From assembly GCA_963719315.1 (NCBI GenBank), contig CAVRBU010000004.1, forward strand, positions 736,001 through 800,000: a DNA stretch of 64,000 bases, written 5' to 3'. The notes below the pieces were generated by a model that was not told where the DNA came from, searched no databases, and was given only the letters and a program-made list of their open reading frames with translations. The translations under genes and the position numbers were made by a program. Below, in pieces: positions 43,043 through 52,282 of the stretch (position 1 is its first letter; each line of letters begins with the position of its first letter). Source of the stretch: an uncultured Planctomycetota bacterium (GTDB lineage: Bacteria; Planctomycetota; Planctomycetia; Pirellulales; Lacipirellulaceae).

Positions 43043-43380
43043 ATGACTGACGCCGCCATTCAGGCTTTCATTGATCGCTGGTCCCCCTCCGGCGGCGCCG
43101 AACGCGCCAATTACGCCCTCTTCCTCAGCGAACTTTGTGACGTTTTAGAAGTCCCACATCCTGAACCCACGCACCCCGAAGATGATGACAATGCCTACGT
43201 CTTCGAGCGCCGCGTCGTCTTCATCAACCCCGATGGTACCCACTCCTTCGGCCGCATCGACCTCTACAAACGCGGCTGCTTCATCCTCGAAACCAAACAA
43301 GGCATTGAAAAGAAAGACGATGTAGAGTTGCTGTCCGCCGCCAGCCAGGAACGAAAGAAGTGCCGCAAGAAAGGCCTCTG
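43043..43380 (+). pseudogene. N-terminal fragment of an MmeI-like type IIL restriction-modification enzyme
   Basis: FIDRW..ERANYALFLSELCDVL..YVFER..GRIDLYKRGCFILETKQG, then similarity is lost. Confidence 0.8.
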
Positions 43381-43554
43381 GAATCGCGGTGGCCCTGGGT
43401 GTCACGGCTCGCGACATCTGCGGTTGGATACTCCTAAACGTATTCGCAGTTCCGTTTGGGGCATTGATGTTGGTGACAGGTTTAGGACTAAGGGCACAAC
43501 ATCGCGCGACTAAGCGAACCGTTGCGGAAATTCAGCCTGTAAGTTAGGTGACAA

Positions 43555-44181
43555 ATGATTTTGGAAATTGCAAAACAGTTATCGTTGTTCACCGTTGGTG
43601 CCGGTTTGCTGACGTTTCTAGTCCAATCACTCGCCAAGCACTTGTTGTCCAAAGACATTGAAACCTTTAAGGCCAATCTACAGATGGCGAGTGTTGAACA
43701 CGAGATTGCCTACCGGAGATTAGATGCAAGGTTTGACGAGTATTTGGTACGTGTGTGCCAGCTTCTCTACAGTTTCTACGATAGAGTCCGCGACTACTTA
43801 GCCGATATTGGCCCAGAAGAAGCACCGTTTCCCGAAGAGAAGCTGAAAGCCATTACTACGGCGAGTAATCAGTTTTGGGATTATTTCCTGAATAACCGTA
43901 TCTATATCCCGCCTGCTTTGTACTGCAAGATGCGTGAATTGGCCGTAACGCTACGGAGGATAATGTCTGCCAACGGTCGGAACGAAAAAGCAGAGCGTAT
44001 GGGGGCAGAACGAAGCGAAGCTAAGTTTGAGGAGCCTCACCGAATGTTAGAGCAGGAAGCCACCCCATTATTTAAGGAAGTGGAAGCTGCCGTGCAAAAG
44101 AGATTAGGGGGTCAAAGACTAGTGGGGCTGCGGCATGAGATTCTTCAAAACGAAAAAAGATGCAGTCGAATTCAGCCGTGA
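43555..44181 (+). CDS. Hypothetical lower-GC protein with N-terminal TM and helical body
   Basis: 208-aa ORF, AGGTG RBS; no recognised motif. Confidence 0.6.
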   Translation: MILEIAKQLSLFTVGAGLLTFLVQSLAKHLLSKDIETFKANLQMASVEHEIAYRRLDARFDEYLVRVCQLLYSFYDRVRDYLADIGPEEAPFPEEKLKAITTASNQFWDYFLNNRIYIPPALYCKMRELAVTLRRIMSANGRNEKAERMGAERSEAKFEEPHRMLEQEATPLFKEVEAAVQKRLGGQRLVGLRHEILQNEKRCSRIQP

Positions 44182-44803
44182 TTTCTACGAAACGTATTTG
44201 TTCGGCCCGAAAATCGGCGGACTAGACCCGGTAGCGGTGTACGCCGAGACGGTATATCGCACAATATCTAAAGACGATGCAATGTTTTCTGCCGTTCAAC
44301 TGCCCAAACTCAGAGACGAGTTGCTTGGGTTACAGCTTGAAATGATCGGCACGGCCTGGACCTACAAATCTAAAGAGCCAGCCGCTATGGCTAATAGCAA
44401 CTTCACAAGAAAATATCTTGCCGACATGGGCCGGTCAGACTTGTGGGAAATAATGGGCGAATACAACCACCGGGTTGCGGATTCGGCGTCATACGCTATT
44501 GACCCAAAAAGTCGTTTGGGACGCGCCCAGAGAGTTTTTCTAAACGAAATGCGTACCGGAAAATTTGATACGTGGCACGAAAAGGGAATTTATGACAGTC
44601 AGGCTATCGCACGAGTCGTTAATCGACTGGGGACAGATACAGCCTGGAACAAAGGTTTAACACCGGGCATGATTGGAATAAGAGCGATGCTGCGGCTAGA
44701 TATTGAAGGGACTGATTTAATCGGCGAGAGACTAGCTGCGGTTGCCTATGGATTTTACACGGGTGCTGAGGAAGCATTGGACTGGGTGAAACTCACGGCC
44801 TAA
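44135..44803 (+). CDS. Hypothetical lower-GC protein
   Basis: 222-aa ORF; no recognised motif. Confidence 0.6.
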   Translation: MRFFKTKKDAVEFSRDFYETYLFGPKIGGLDPVAVYAETVYRTISKDDAMFSAVQLPKLRDELLGLQLEMIGTAWTYKSKEPAAMANSNFTRKYLADMGRSDLWEIMGEYNHRVADSASYAIDPKSRLGRAQRVFLNEMRTGKFDTWHEKGIYDSQAIARVVNRLGTDTAWNKGLTPGMIGIRAMLRLDIEGTDLIGERLAAVAYGFYTGAEEALDWVKLTA

Positions 44804-44877
44804 CATCTTCGGTGGTTGCTTGCTACAACTATGCTACAACGCTCAAATGAACATACCTGTATAGCGCTTGCTGCCTC

Positions 44878-45290
44878 CTTTTAACCCGTTTCCATTCCCG
44901 TCGACGAGTAACGACAAACCGTCCCGCATCCGCGAACTCGGCGAACAACTCGACGCCCATCGTAAACGTCAGCAGGAGTTGCATCCCACGCTCACGATGA
45001 CCGGCATGTACAACGTCCTCGAAAAGCTCCGCGCCGGCGAGCCGCTCACCACAAAAGAACAAACGATTCACGAGCAGGGACTCGTCTCCGTCCTCCGCCA
45101 GATTCACGAGGACCTCGACGCCGCCGTTGCCGACGCCTACGGCTGGCCCGTCGACCTCGCCGACGAAGAAATCCTCGCCCGCCTCGTCGCCCTCAACCAC
45201 CAACGGGCCGAAGAAGAACGCCGCGGCCTCGTCCGCTGGCTCCGCCCCGATTTCCAAAACCCCACCGGCCAACAACAGGCCTCAATTCCC
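44878..45290 (+). pseudogene. C-terminal fragment of the MmeI-like enzyme
   Basis: [63 protein letters not shown]. Confidence 0.8.
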
Positions 45291-45630
45291 CTCTCTGATA
45301 GGGAGGGGCTAAGCTATAGTCAGATGTCTGATGCTGCGCATCAACGGATCGAGTCCCCCTTCCCACTTCCCCACGCCAAATGCGTGACAACTTACAGCTT
45401 TTTAAGAAGCAAACTCCCCGACTTATGTGCGCTCCGTATCACCGCAAACGCTGGATTTCTCGACTGTCTCGCATCGATCGCCGAGCAGAAGTCGAGTGTT
45501 TTGCACGCGGAAAAAAAATTTCCTCTTGTTGGGCGAAATTCAAAGCCTTGACCCGTAAGGAGTTAGACGGCGAGTGCCGCGCAGACGCGCGATCAAAAGT
45601 CGATAGACGCTGAGGGGCTTTGCCTCAACA

Positions 45631-45715
45631 GTAGGTCCCGCCTGCCGGGCTGGACCTTGGCGTCGTCGCAAAGTCCGATGATTCGCAAAGGTCCCGTCCG
45701 GCAGACAGGACCCAC
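45631..45715. repeat. GTAG-type REP inverted pair
   Basis: gtaggtcccgcctgccgggctggacct ... aggtcccgtccggcagacaggacccac. Confidence 0.75.
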
Positions 45716-45740
45716 AAGAACAAAAGAATACAATGATTGT

Positions 45741-45761
45741 CCTTGGCGATCTTGGCGGTTT
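45741..45761. repeat. Single CTTGGCG tandem arm (copy 4)
   Basis: ccttggcgatcttggcggttt. Confidence 0.55.
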
Positions 45762-46965
45762 AGTCGTTTTGTCAGAAGCTTTTAGTGGCCAATCGTTGGG
45801 GCGAAAGGAACTCGATGTCGTGCGGAGTTTGCCCGTCCAGAGTCAGTTGGGACATGATCTCTCCCAATACGGAAGTGAACTTGAAACCGTGGCCAGAGAG
45901 TCCGGCTGTGAAAACGACTTGGGGATGGTCCGGGTGGCTGCCAACCAAAAAATGTTCATCGGGGGTCATCGTGTACATGCACACGGCGTGATTGACGCAG
46001 GTCTTGGTAACGCCGGGCAGGTGTTGCGACAAACAGGCTTCGATCCGCCGCTGATCGTCCACATGCAGCGTGCGATCGACGTGAAGTGGATCTTCAACGA
46101 CGGTCTCTTGAGAATGTTCGGCAATCTTCACGCCAAGATTTCCCGATTGCGGAAAACCGTAAAAATAACCGCCTAGCGTTTCAAAGAAAAAACAGGGGCA
46201 GCCAGAATCGACTCGATACGCCGGGTCGTCGGTTTGGTACCAGAACAAAGGCTTACGCAAGACACGGAACGGCACTCCTAAAGAATTGAGCAAGTCGCTA
46301 GCCCAAGCGCCGGCCGTAATCACCAGACGATCGGCGGAAAAGTCACCTTGGTCGGTCTCTACTCTTATCGCGGGCCCATCGGCTTTCCATTGGCGCACGG
46401 CCACGCCGCATCGCAATTCTGCCCCCGCCCGCACGGCGGCATCGATGTGGGCCTGCACACAATTCTCGACCAACAGATAACCTGCCTGCTTTTCGAAAAT
46501 AGCAGCAAACGACTCGGGAACGCGATAGCCGGGCCAACGAGCCATCGCTTCAGTCGCCGTAAGCTGCTCGACGGCGAGGTCGTGCTCGGCCGCCGATCGC
46601 AAGATACCGGAAAGCACGTCACCCTGCGGCGGGCCAGCGAACAGCAGGCCCACTTCATAATAGAGTTTCTGCTGCGCTTGCTGTTCGAGTTCCTTCCACA
46701 ATTCATACGCCCGCTTCAACAACGGGACATAGTCGGGATGTTCATGGTACGCCAGGCGGATGATCCGCGTTTGACCGTGCGAACTTCCTCGATCGTGAGC
46801 CGGAGGAAAGCGATCGAGCCCCAAAACTCGCGCGCTGGAGATCGGCATTGAAACGGGACCCACCTGGGGTGCGGAATCGGCATTGAAAAGGGACCCACCG
46901 CAGCGGACTTCGTAAGCTGGATTCCCGGTTTTTAAACTGGGGAATTCAGCGAAGCGGAGTCAAGG

Positions 46966-48672
46966 ATGCTGAAGGTGGAGGATTACGGCAGGATACGTCG
47001 TGCTCATCGCGATGGCATGAGCATTCGGGAGATCGCCCGGACGTTTGGGCATTCGCGACGAAAGATCCGCGAGGCACTGGCGCAGGCAGAGCCGCGGCCT
47101 TACACGCTGTCGCTACCGCGACCGCGGCGGGTGCTGACCGATGTGCACCAGCAATGGATCGGCGCGATTCTCGTCGAAGATGAGCAGGCGCCTCGCAAGC
47201 AACGTCACACAGGAGCGCAACTCTTTCGGCGGCTGCGGGACGAAGAGCAGTACGTCGGCAGCTACGACCAGGTGCGAAGGTACGTGGCCGCGACGCGGGG
47301 GCGGCAGCGCGAAACGTTTCTCCCTTTGTCGTACGAGCCAGGCCAACGGGCCGAGAGCGACTTCGGTCAGATCTGGGTCGACTTCCCGGAAGGCAGGCGC
47401 CAGGTTCCGATCCTGCTGGTGACGTGGGCCTACTCGAACGCCACCTTTATGATTGCGCTGCCGAGCGAAAAGACCGAGGCGATCCTGCATGGCACGGTGG
47501 CGGCGTTTGCGTTTTTTCGTTGCGTGCCCAAAGAACTGTGGTGGGATAATCCAAGAACCGTTGCGACCACGATTCTGCGTGGCCGCCAACGGGAGTTGAA
47601 CCAGCGCTGGCAGGCGCTGGCCAGTCACTACAACTTCGAGCCGTTGTTCTGCCTGCCGGCTCGCGGTAACGAAAAGCCGCACGTCGAGAACCGGGTGAAG
47701 CTGTTGGAGCGCCAGTGGGCGACGCCGGTCCCTCAAGTGAAGGATCTGACAGAGCTAAATGCCTACCTGCTTCAATGCTGCGAGCGGGATGCTCGGCGGA
47801 CGATTGCGGGCCACAGCGAAACGATCGGCGCGCGCTTCGCGACAGAGCAGATTAGCGCCTTGCCGCTGCCCGAGCGCCCGTTTGAAGCCGCCGTGAGCGA
47901 GGTCCGTCAAGTCGACAAGTACCAGACGGTCGCCTGGGAGAAGAATCGCTACAGCGTGCCGCGGCGGCATGCGTTCGCCACGGTCACGGTAAAAGCCACT
48001 ATCGATCGCATCGAAGTCATCCGCGACGGCCAGCGGATTGCCCGGCACGAGCGCTCCTACGGACAGGGCGAGCAAGTGCTCGATCCGCTGCACTACCTGT
48101 CCACTCTGGGAGTGAAGCCAGCCTATTTGGATCACACTAACGTCTACCGCAATTGGCGTCTGCCGGCGGCGTTTACCCAGTTGCGCGAACATTTTGAAAC
48201 ACGCCACGGATCGTTGCCGGGCGCTCGGCAATTCATCCGCGTGCTGCAGCTGTTGGCAGAGCACCCGCTGACTCGGGTTGAGCAGGCCATCCAGGCCTGC
48301 CGCGGCGACGGCGTCGTCACGGCCGAGCGGATTGCTGGGCTCTGCGAGCGACTGGCGCTGCGCTCCACCCGCGGCGAAGCGAACCTAATCGGGCAGCTGC
48401 GATCGATTCCTGCGGTGCAAGTCCCGCTGCCGGACTTGCGCCGCTTTGACTCGTTACTCTCTCACGGAGGAGAAGATCATGGCCCAGAAAGAAACGCCCC
48501 TGTTACTGCGTTCGAACCTCAAGGCGCTACGCCTGCCGACGATGCTGGCCGAGTATGGCAAGCTCGCCGGGGAAGCGACCAACAGCAACCAGGACTACCT
48601 CGACTATCTGTTGCGCCTGACGGAGTTGGAGTTAGCCACACGCAGTGCCAATGCTCTGCAGGCGCACATTAA
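46966..48672 (+). CDS. istA: IS21 transposase
   Basis: HTH (GMSIREIAR), AESDFG, WWDNP, NEKPHVEN, NRYSVP. Confidence 0.92.
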   Translation: MLKVEDYGRIRRAHRDGMSIREIARTFGHSRRKIREALAQAEPRPYTLSLPRPRRVLTDVHQQWIGAILVEDEQAPRKQRHTGAQLFRRLRDEEQYVGSYDQVRRYVAATRGRQRETFLPLSYEPGQRAESDFGQIWVDFPEGRRQVPILLVTWAYSNATFMIALPSEKTEAILHGTVAAFAFFRCVPKELWWDNPRTVATTILRGRQRELNQRWQALASHYNFEPLFCLPARGNEKPHVENRVKLLERQWATPVPQVKDLTELNAYLLQCCERDARRTIAGHSETIGARFATEQISALPLPERPFEAAVSEVRQVDKYQTVAWEKNRYSVPRRHAFATVTVKATIDRIEVIRDGQRIARHERSYGQGEQVLDPLHYLSTLGVKPAYLDHTNVYRNWRLPAAFTQLREHFETRHGSLPGARQFIRVLQLLAEHPLTRVEQAIQACRGDGVVTAERIAGLCERLALRSTRGEANLIGQLRSIPAVQVPLPDLRRFDSLLSHGGEDHGPERNAPVTAFEPQGATPADDAGRVWQARRGSDQQQPGLPRLSVAPDGVGVSHTQCQCSAGAH

Positions 48673-49249
48673 ACAGGCTGGCTTCCCGGTGCAGAAGGAC
48701 CTCGATGCATTCGACTTTAGCGCGGCGCCCGGCCTCTCGAAGCCCAAGATCCTGGAACTGGCCCGCTGCGGCTGGATTGATCAGCGTCAGAACTGCTGCC
48801 TGTTGGGTAGTTCGGGAACTGGAAAAACGCATCTGGCCATCGCCTTGGGCCTGGCCGCCTGCCGACTGGGCAAGCGAGTCCGCTTCTTTACCGCTGCCAC
48901 ACTGGTCAATCGCTTGGAAGAGACGCAGAAGCAGTACCAGCTCGAGCGATTGTTGAAGCAGCTCGACAAGCTCGATCTGCTTGTCTGCGACGAGCTCGGT
49001 TATCTCTCGTTCAATCGCAGCGGAGCGGAACTGCTGTTCCAGGTATTCGCCGATCGCTACGAGCGATCCAGCCTGTTGATCACCAGCAACTTGCCGTTCA
49101 GCGAATGGCAGCAGGTGTTTCAGGGAGAACGGATGACAGCTGCTCTCTTGGACCGGCTGACGCACCACTGCGAAATCTTTGAGATGAACGGTGAAAGCTA
49201 CCGCTTCCGGGAGTCGATGAAACAAAAGCGAACCACCAAGGGCAAGTAG
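48479..49249 (+). CDS. istB: IS21 helper AAA+ ATPase
   Basis: GSSGTGKTH, LLVCDELGY, TSNLPFSEW, ALLDRLTHH, GESYR. Confidence 0.95.
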   Translation: MAQKETPLLLRSNLKALRLPTMLAEYGKLAGEATNSNQDYLDYLLRLTELELATRSANALQAHIKQAGFPVQKDLDAFDFSAAPGLSKPKILELARCGWIDQRQNCCLLGSSGTGKTHLAIALGLAACRLGKRVRFFTAATLVNRLEETQKQYQLERLLKQLDKLDLLVCDELGYLSFNRSGAELLFQVFADRYERSSLLITSNLPFSEWQQVFQGERMTAALLDRLTHHCEIFEMNGESYRFRESMKQKRTTKGK

Positions 49250-49595
49250 CTTTCGGGCGACCCGTCGGCAAAACGTTCGCAAATCGCGCAACAAAATGGA
49301 GAGTTTACTCTAACCCATTAAGTGAACTAACGGAGGCGGCCGCGCGAGACCTTCGAAGGGTCTCGCGGGCCGCTCCCCAACTAACCAGGTGGGCCCAGAT
49401 TCAACGCCCAGGTGGGTCCCATTTCAATGCCGATCTCCACGCGCGCCGCGGTTCGCGAGATGATAGAGCTCTGCGCTGCCGACGCCACCGCTGCCGACGA
49501 CAATTGCGTCATAATGCATCTGGGATCTGCCTTACGGATCTTGATAACGGCCTGGGCGAGCCTGCCCTCTGCTGGCGCCGTGATTTTATCCGATT

Positions 49596-50777
49596 TCACT
49601 TTTGCGATTCACTGGTCGCATGAGAAGGCGAGTGTGGCTTTGTAGTAGTCGGCCAAACACCATCTACGATCGGCGTAAGCTGAAGCTTTGCCGGATCGAC
49701 TACGACGTGCTTAATCCGCTTCCGCTTCCAGGTATACGTGATATGGACGAGACCATCTCTGGTTTGAATCACGGCAGGATAAGAGTACTCCCCTGGCGCC
49801 CGTTCGAGTACCAGCGCTGCTTGCCACAGCTTTCCGTCATTGCTGACCGCAATGTTAAGTATCGACCGCGATCGTAAGTCGCTAGTGCTTAGGTCGTCGC
49901 GCTGAGTGTGGTTGTACACGAGGAACTGTCGGCCGTCGGCAAGCGTAACCGCGTCAATCCCGGAATTGGGATTGGGCAGGTGCGTCGATTGCAGCTCGGA
50001 CCACGTCTTTCCCTCATCCGTCGACCACGCGGTCCAGACATTTCCTTTCCCGCGTTGATCGCGGGCCACGATCTGCCAGCGGCCATCCGCATGGAACAGA
50101 ATGCTCGGCTGAATCGCGCCTTGCCGGCGGCCATCATTGAGCGGTCGAGACTTCGTCCAAGTTTCGCCCAAGTCGGTCGTTCTCTCCAAGTGCAACCGCC
50201 AGCCGTTATCTTCTGTACTCGACGGACATACCAGAGTTCCGTCGGAGAGTTGCACCGGTTTGTTCTTTACGGGACCAATAATTCCATCCGGCAGCCGTCG
50301 GGCACTCGACCATGTCGCGCCGTTGTCCGCCGATTTCATCATCATCCCCCACCAGGCGTCCGGCGAAGGCCCCACTTTATAGAACAGTAATAGTGGACCC
50401 TCTTTTGATTGGAACAGAACCGGGTTCCAAGTTGGATAGCGCAGTGTGGACGATTGGATTCCGTTCGCCACCTCGACTGGTGAAGTCCAGCCGCCGTCGA
50501 TCTGCCGCGAAAGCCAAATCCCAACGTCGGGATGCTTCTCCGCCGTCCCACCAAACCATGCGGCCACTAGCCCTTGGGGCGTTTGGGCGATCGTCGAAGC
50601 ATGACATTGTGCAAACGGTGCATCTCTAAAAATGAACTCTGCGGCGACAACACCCGGCTGTGGCGCAGTCTTCGGGAGGGGCGAAACCGGTTCGACCGCC
50701 GACGCCCTCGGACTCACTATGGCCAGCAGCACAAGCGACACGAGCAGATGCGAGAATTGAAGACCTGAGTTTAACAT
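49596..50777 (-). CDS. Exo-alpha-sialidase / BNR-repeat family protein
   Basis: CHASTI, Asp boxes (SADNGATW, TTDLGETW, STDEGKTW, SNDGKLW), YSYP. Confidence 0.85.
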   Translation of the reverse strand: MLNSGLQFSHLLVSLVLLAIVSPRASAVEPVSPLPKTAPQPGVVAAEFIFRDAPFAQCHASTIAQTPQGLVAAWFGGTAEKHPDVGIWLSRQIDGGWTSPVEVANGIQSSTLRYPTWNPVLFQSKEGPLLLFYKVGPSPDAWWGMMMKSADNGATWSSARRLPDGIIGPVKNKPVQLSDGTLVCPSSTEDNGWRLHLERTTDLGETWTKSRPLNDGRRQGAIQPSILFHADGRWQIVARDQRGKGNVWTAWSTDEGKTWSELQSTHLPNPNSGIDAVTLADGRQFLVYNHTQRDDLSTSDLRSRSILNIAVSNDGKLWQAALVLERAPGEYSYPAVIQTRDGLVHITYTWKRKRIKHVVVDPAKLQLTPIVDGVWPTTTKPHSPSHATSESQK

Positions 50778-50845
50778 GGCAACTCTGTTTACACAGTTTA
50801 GCGAATATTCAACGATGCGCTGCGAGGTTCAAGGCAACCGCCCCC

Positions 50846-52282
50846 TCAATTTGGCGCACCGCCGAACTGTCGCCAGTATAGCTCCTTGAAGGGATTGACT
50901 TTGGGCCCGATGGCGTCTTCGTTTACCATCCGCGGACGAACCGCGCTCCACCAATCGTCGTAAGCGCGCCGCATGTCGGCGACAATCTTGGGATGTTGGT
51001 CGATGACGTTGGTCGTTTCCCCCGGGTCGGCCGTAAGGTCGTAGAGTTCCTGGTTATTGACGAACCGAAAGCGGCCGTTTCGGACGGCACAGTTAATGTA
51101 CTTTGCGCCGTCGACTTCGCCCCTGTTCCAGCGCCCAACGTGGATGAACACATATCGATCTGGCCAAGGCGCTTTGGGATTCTCAAGTAGCGGAACGAGG
51201 TTGCGACCGTCGATCGACAAATCGGTGGGCAGCTTTGCGCCCGCCAGAGCGGCAAGAGTTGGAAAGACATCGATGTGGGCCGCCAACTGGTGAATGTCCA
51301 CGCCGCCGGTCAGCGTCCCAGGCCAATGCCAAAAACAGGGGACGCGCGTTCCGCCTTGATACGGGGAGGCCTTCGAGCCGCGCATGCCCGCGCTGAATAG
51401 GCGCGTTTGTGTGCCTCCGTTATCGGTCATGAATAGGACGAGCGTGTCTTGATCTTTGCCCAGATCGTGGAGCGTCGATAGCAATTGGCCCACATTGTCG
51501 TCGATGTTTGATATCATCGAATAGTAAGCGACAGAATCTGCGTCGAGTTTTTGTTTTCCGATCGACTTGCCCTCGTACAGCTTGTCGTACCGCGACCCCG
51601 GGCTGACAAGGGGACTATGCGGCGCATTGGTACAAATGTAAGCGAAGAACGGCGCCGATCCCCTGCTCTGTTGCTCGATCCAACGAAGCGCTTGTGCGAA
51701 GAACAAGTCGGTGCAATATCCCTTCGTTTTTTCGAACCTTCCGTTATGCAACAGGGCCGGATCGAAGTAATTGTTGTTCGGCGCGTCGCCGCAACTGCCG
51801 GGGTACGTTTGACCGATGCCACCGCCGCCGTGGATGTAGACTTCGTCGAAACCGCGTTTGTCGGGCTGATAAGCCGGCTCGTCGCCCAAGTGCCATTTGC
51901 CAAAGATGCCCGTCTTGTACCCCGCGGTTTTCAACACTTGCGCAATCGTGGTTGCGTCGAGACTCAGTCGTTCGCGTTCAAAAATCGTGTGGGTGACTCC
52001 CGACTTGAACTCGTGGCGACCGGTCATCAGGGCTGCCCTGGTCGGCGCGCACGTCGGACTCACTTGAAAATCGGCGAACCGCACGCTTTCGCGATACAGG
52101 CGATCGAGGTTAGGTGTGTGAATCAGCGGATTGCCGTGGCAAGCCAGATCGCCGTAACCCTGATCATCGGTCATCACCAGCACGATATTCGGCCGTGAGC
52201 CCGCCAGTTCGGCCGCTCGCGCTCCACTGTGGGCCGCAGCGAATGTGAAAACGGCCGGCAATATCAACAACAACGCTTTCAT
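50846..52282 (-). CDS. Arylsulfatase (Cys-type)
   Basis: PNIVLVMTDDQG, TCAPTRAALMTGR, GKWHLG. Confidence 0.92.
   Translation of the reverse strand: MKALLLILPAVFTFAAAHSGARAAELAGSRPNIVLVMTDDQGYGDLACHGNPLIHTPNLDRLYRESVRFADFQVSPTCAPTRAALMTGRHEFKSGVTHTIFERERLSLDATTIAQVLKTAGYKTGIFGKWHLGDEPAYQPDKRGFDEVYIHGGGGIGQTYPGSCGDAPNNNYFDPALLHNGRFEKTKGYCTDLFFAQALRWIEQQSRGSAPFFAYICTNAPHSPLVSPGSRYDKLYEGKSIGKQKLDADSVAYYSMISNIDDNVGQLLSTLHDLGKDQDTLVLFMTDNGGTQTRLFSAGMRGSKASPYQGGTRVPCFWHWPGTLTGGVDIHQLAAHIDVFPTLAALAGAKLPTDLSIDGRNLVPLLENPKAPWPDRYVFIHVGRWNRGEVDGAKYINCAVRNGRFRFVNNQELYDLTADPGETTNVIDQHPKIVADMRRAYDDWWSAVRPRMVNEDAIGPKVNPFKELYWRQFGGAPN

Larger units (their letters stand above)
46836..49439 (+). mobile_element. 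IS21-family insertion sequence
   Basis: TG...CA ends, 33-bp TIR with one mismatch, doubled GGCATTGAAAnGGGACCCACC-like sites at each end, CGCGCGC TSD. Confidence 0.95.
45772..49519 (-). pseudogene. solA: N-methyl-L-tryptophan/sarcosine oxidase interrupted by IS21
   Basis: MHYDAIVVGSGGVGS (49519-49440) rejoins RVLGLDRF..GSSHGQTRIIR..GLSGHGFKF in frame after removing the IS and one 7-bp TSD. Confidence 0.88.
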
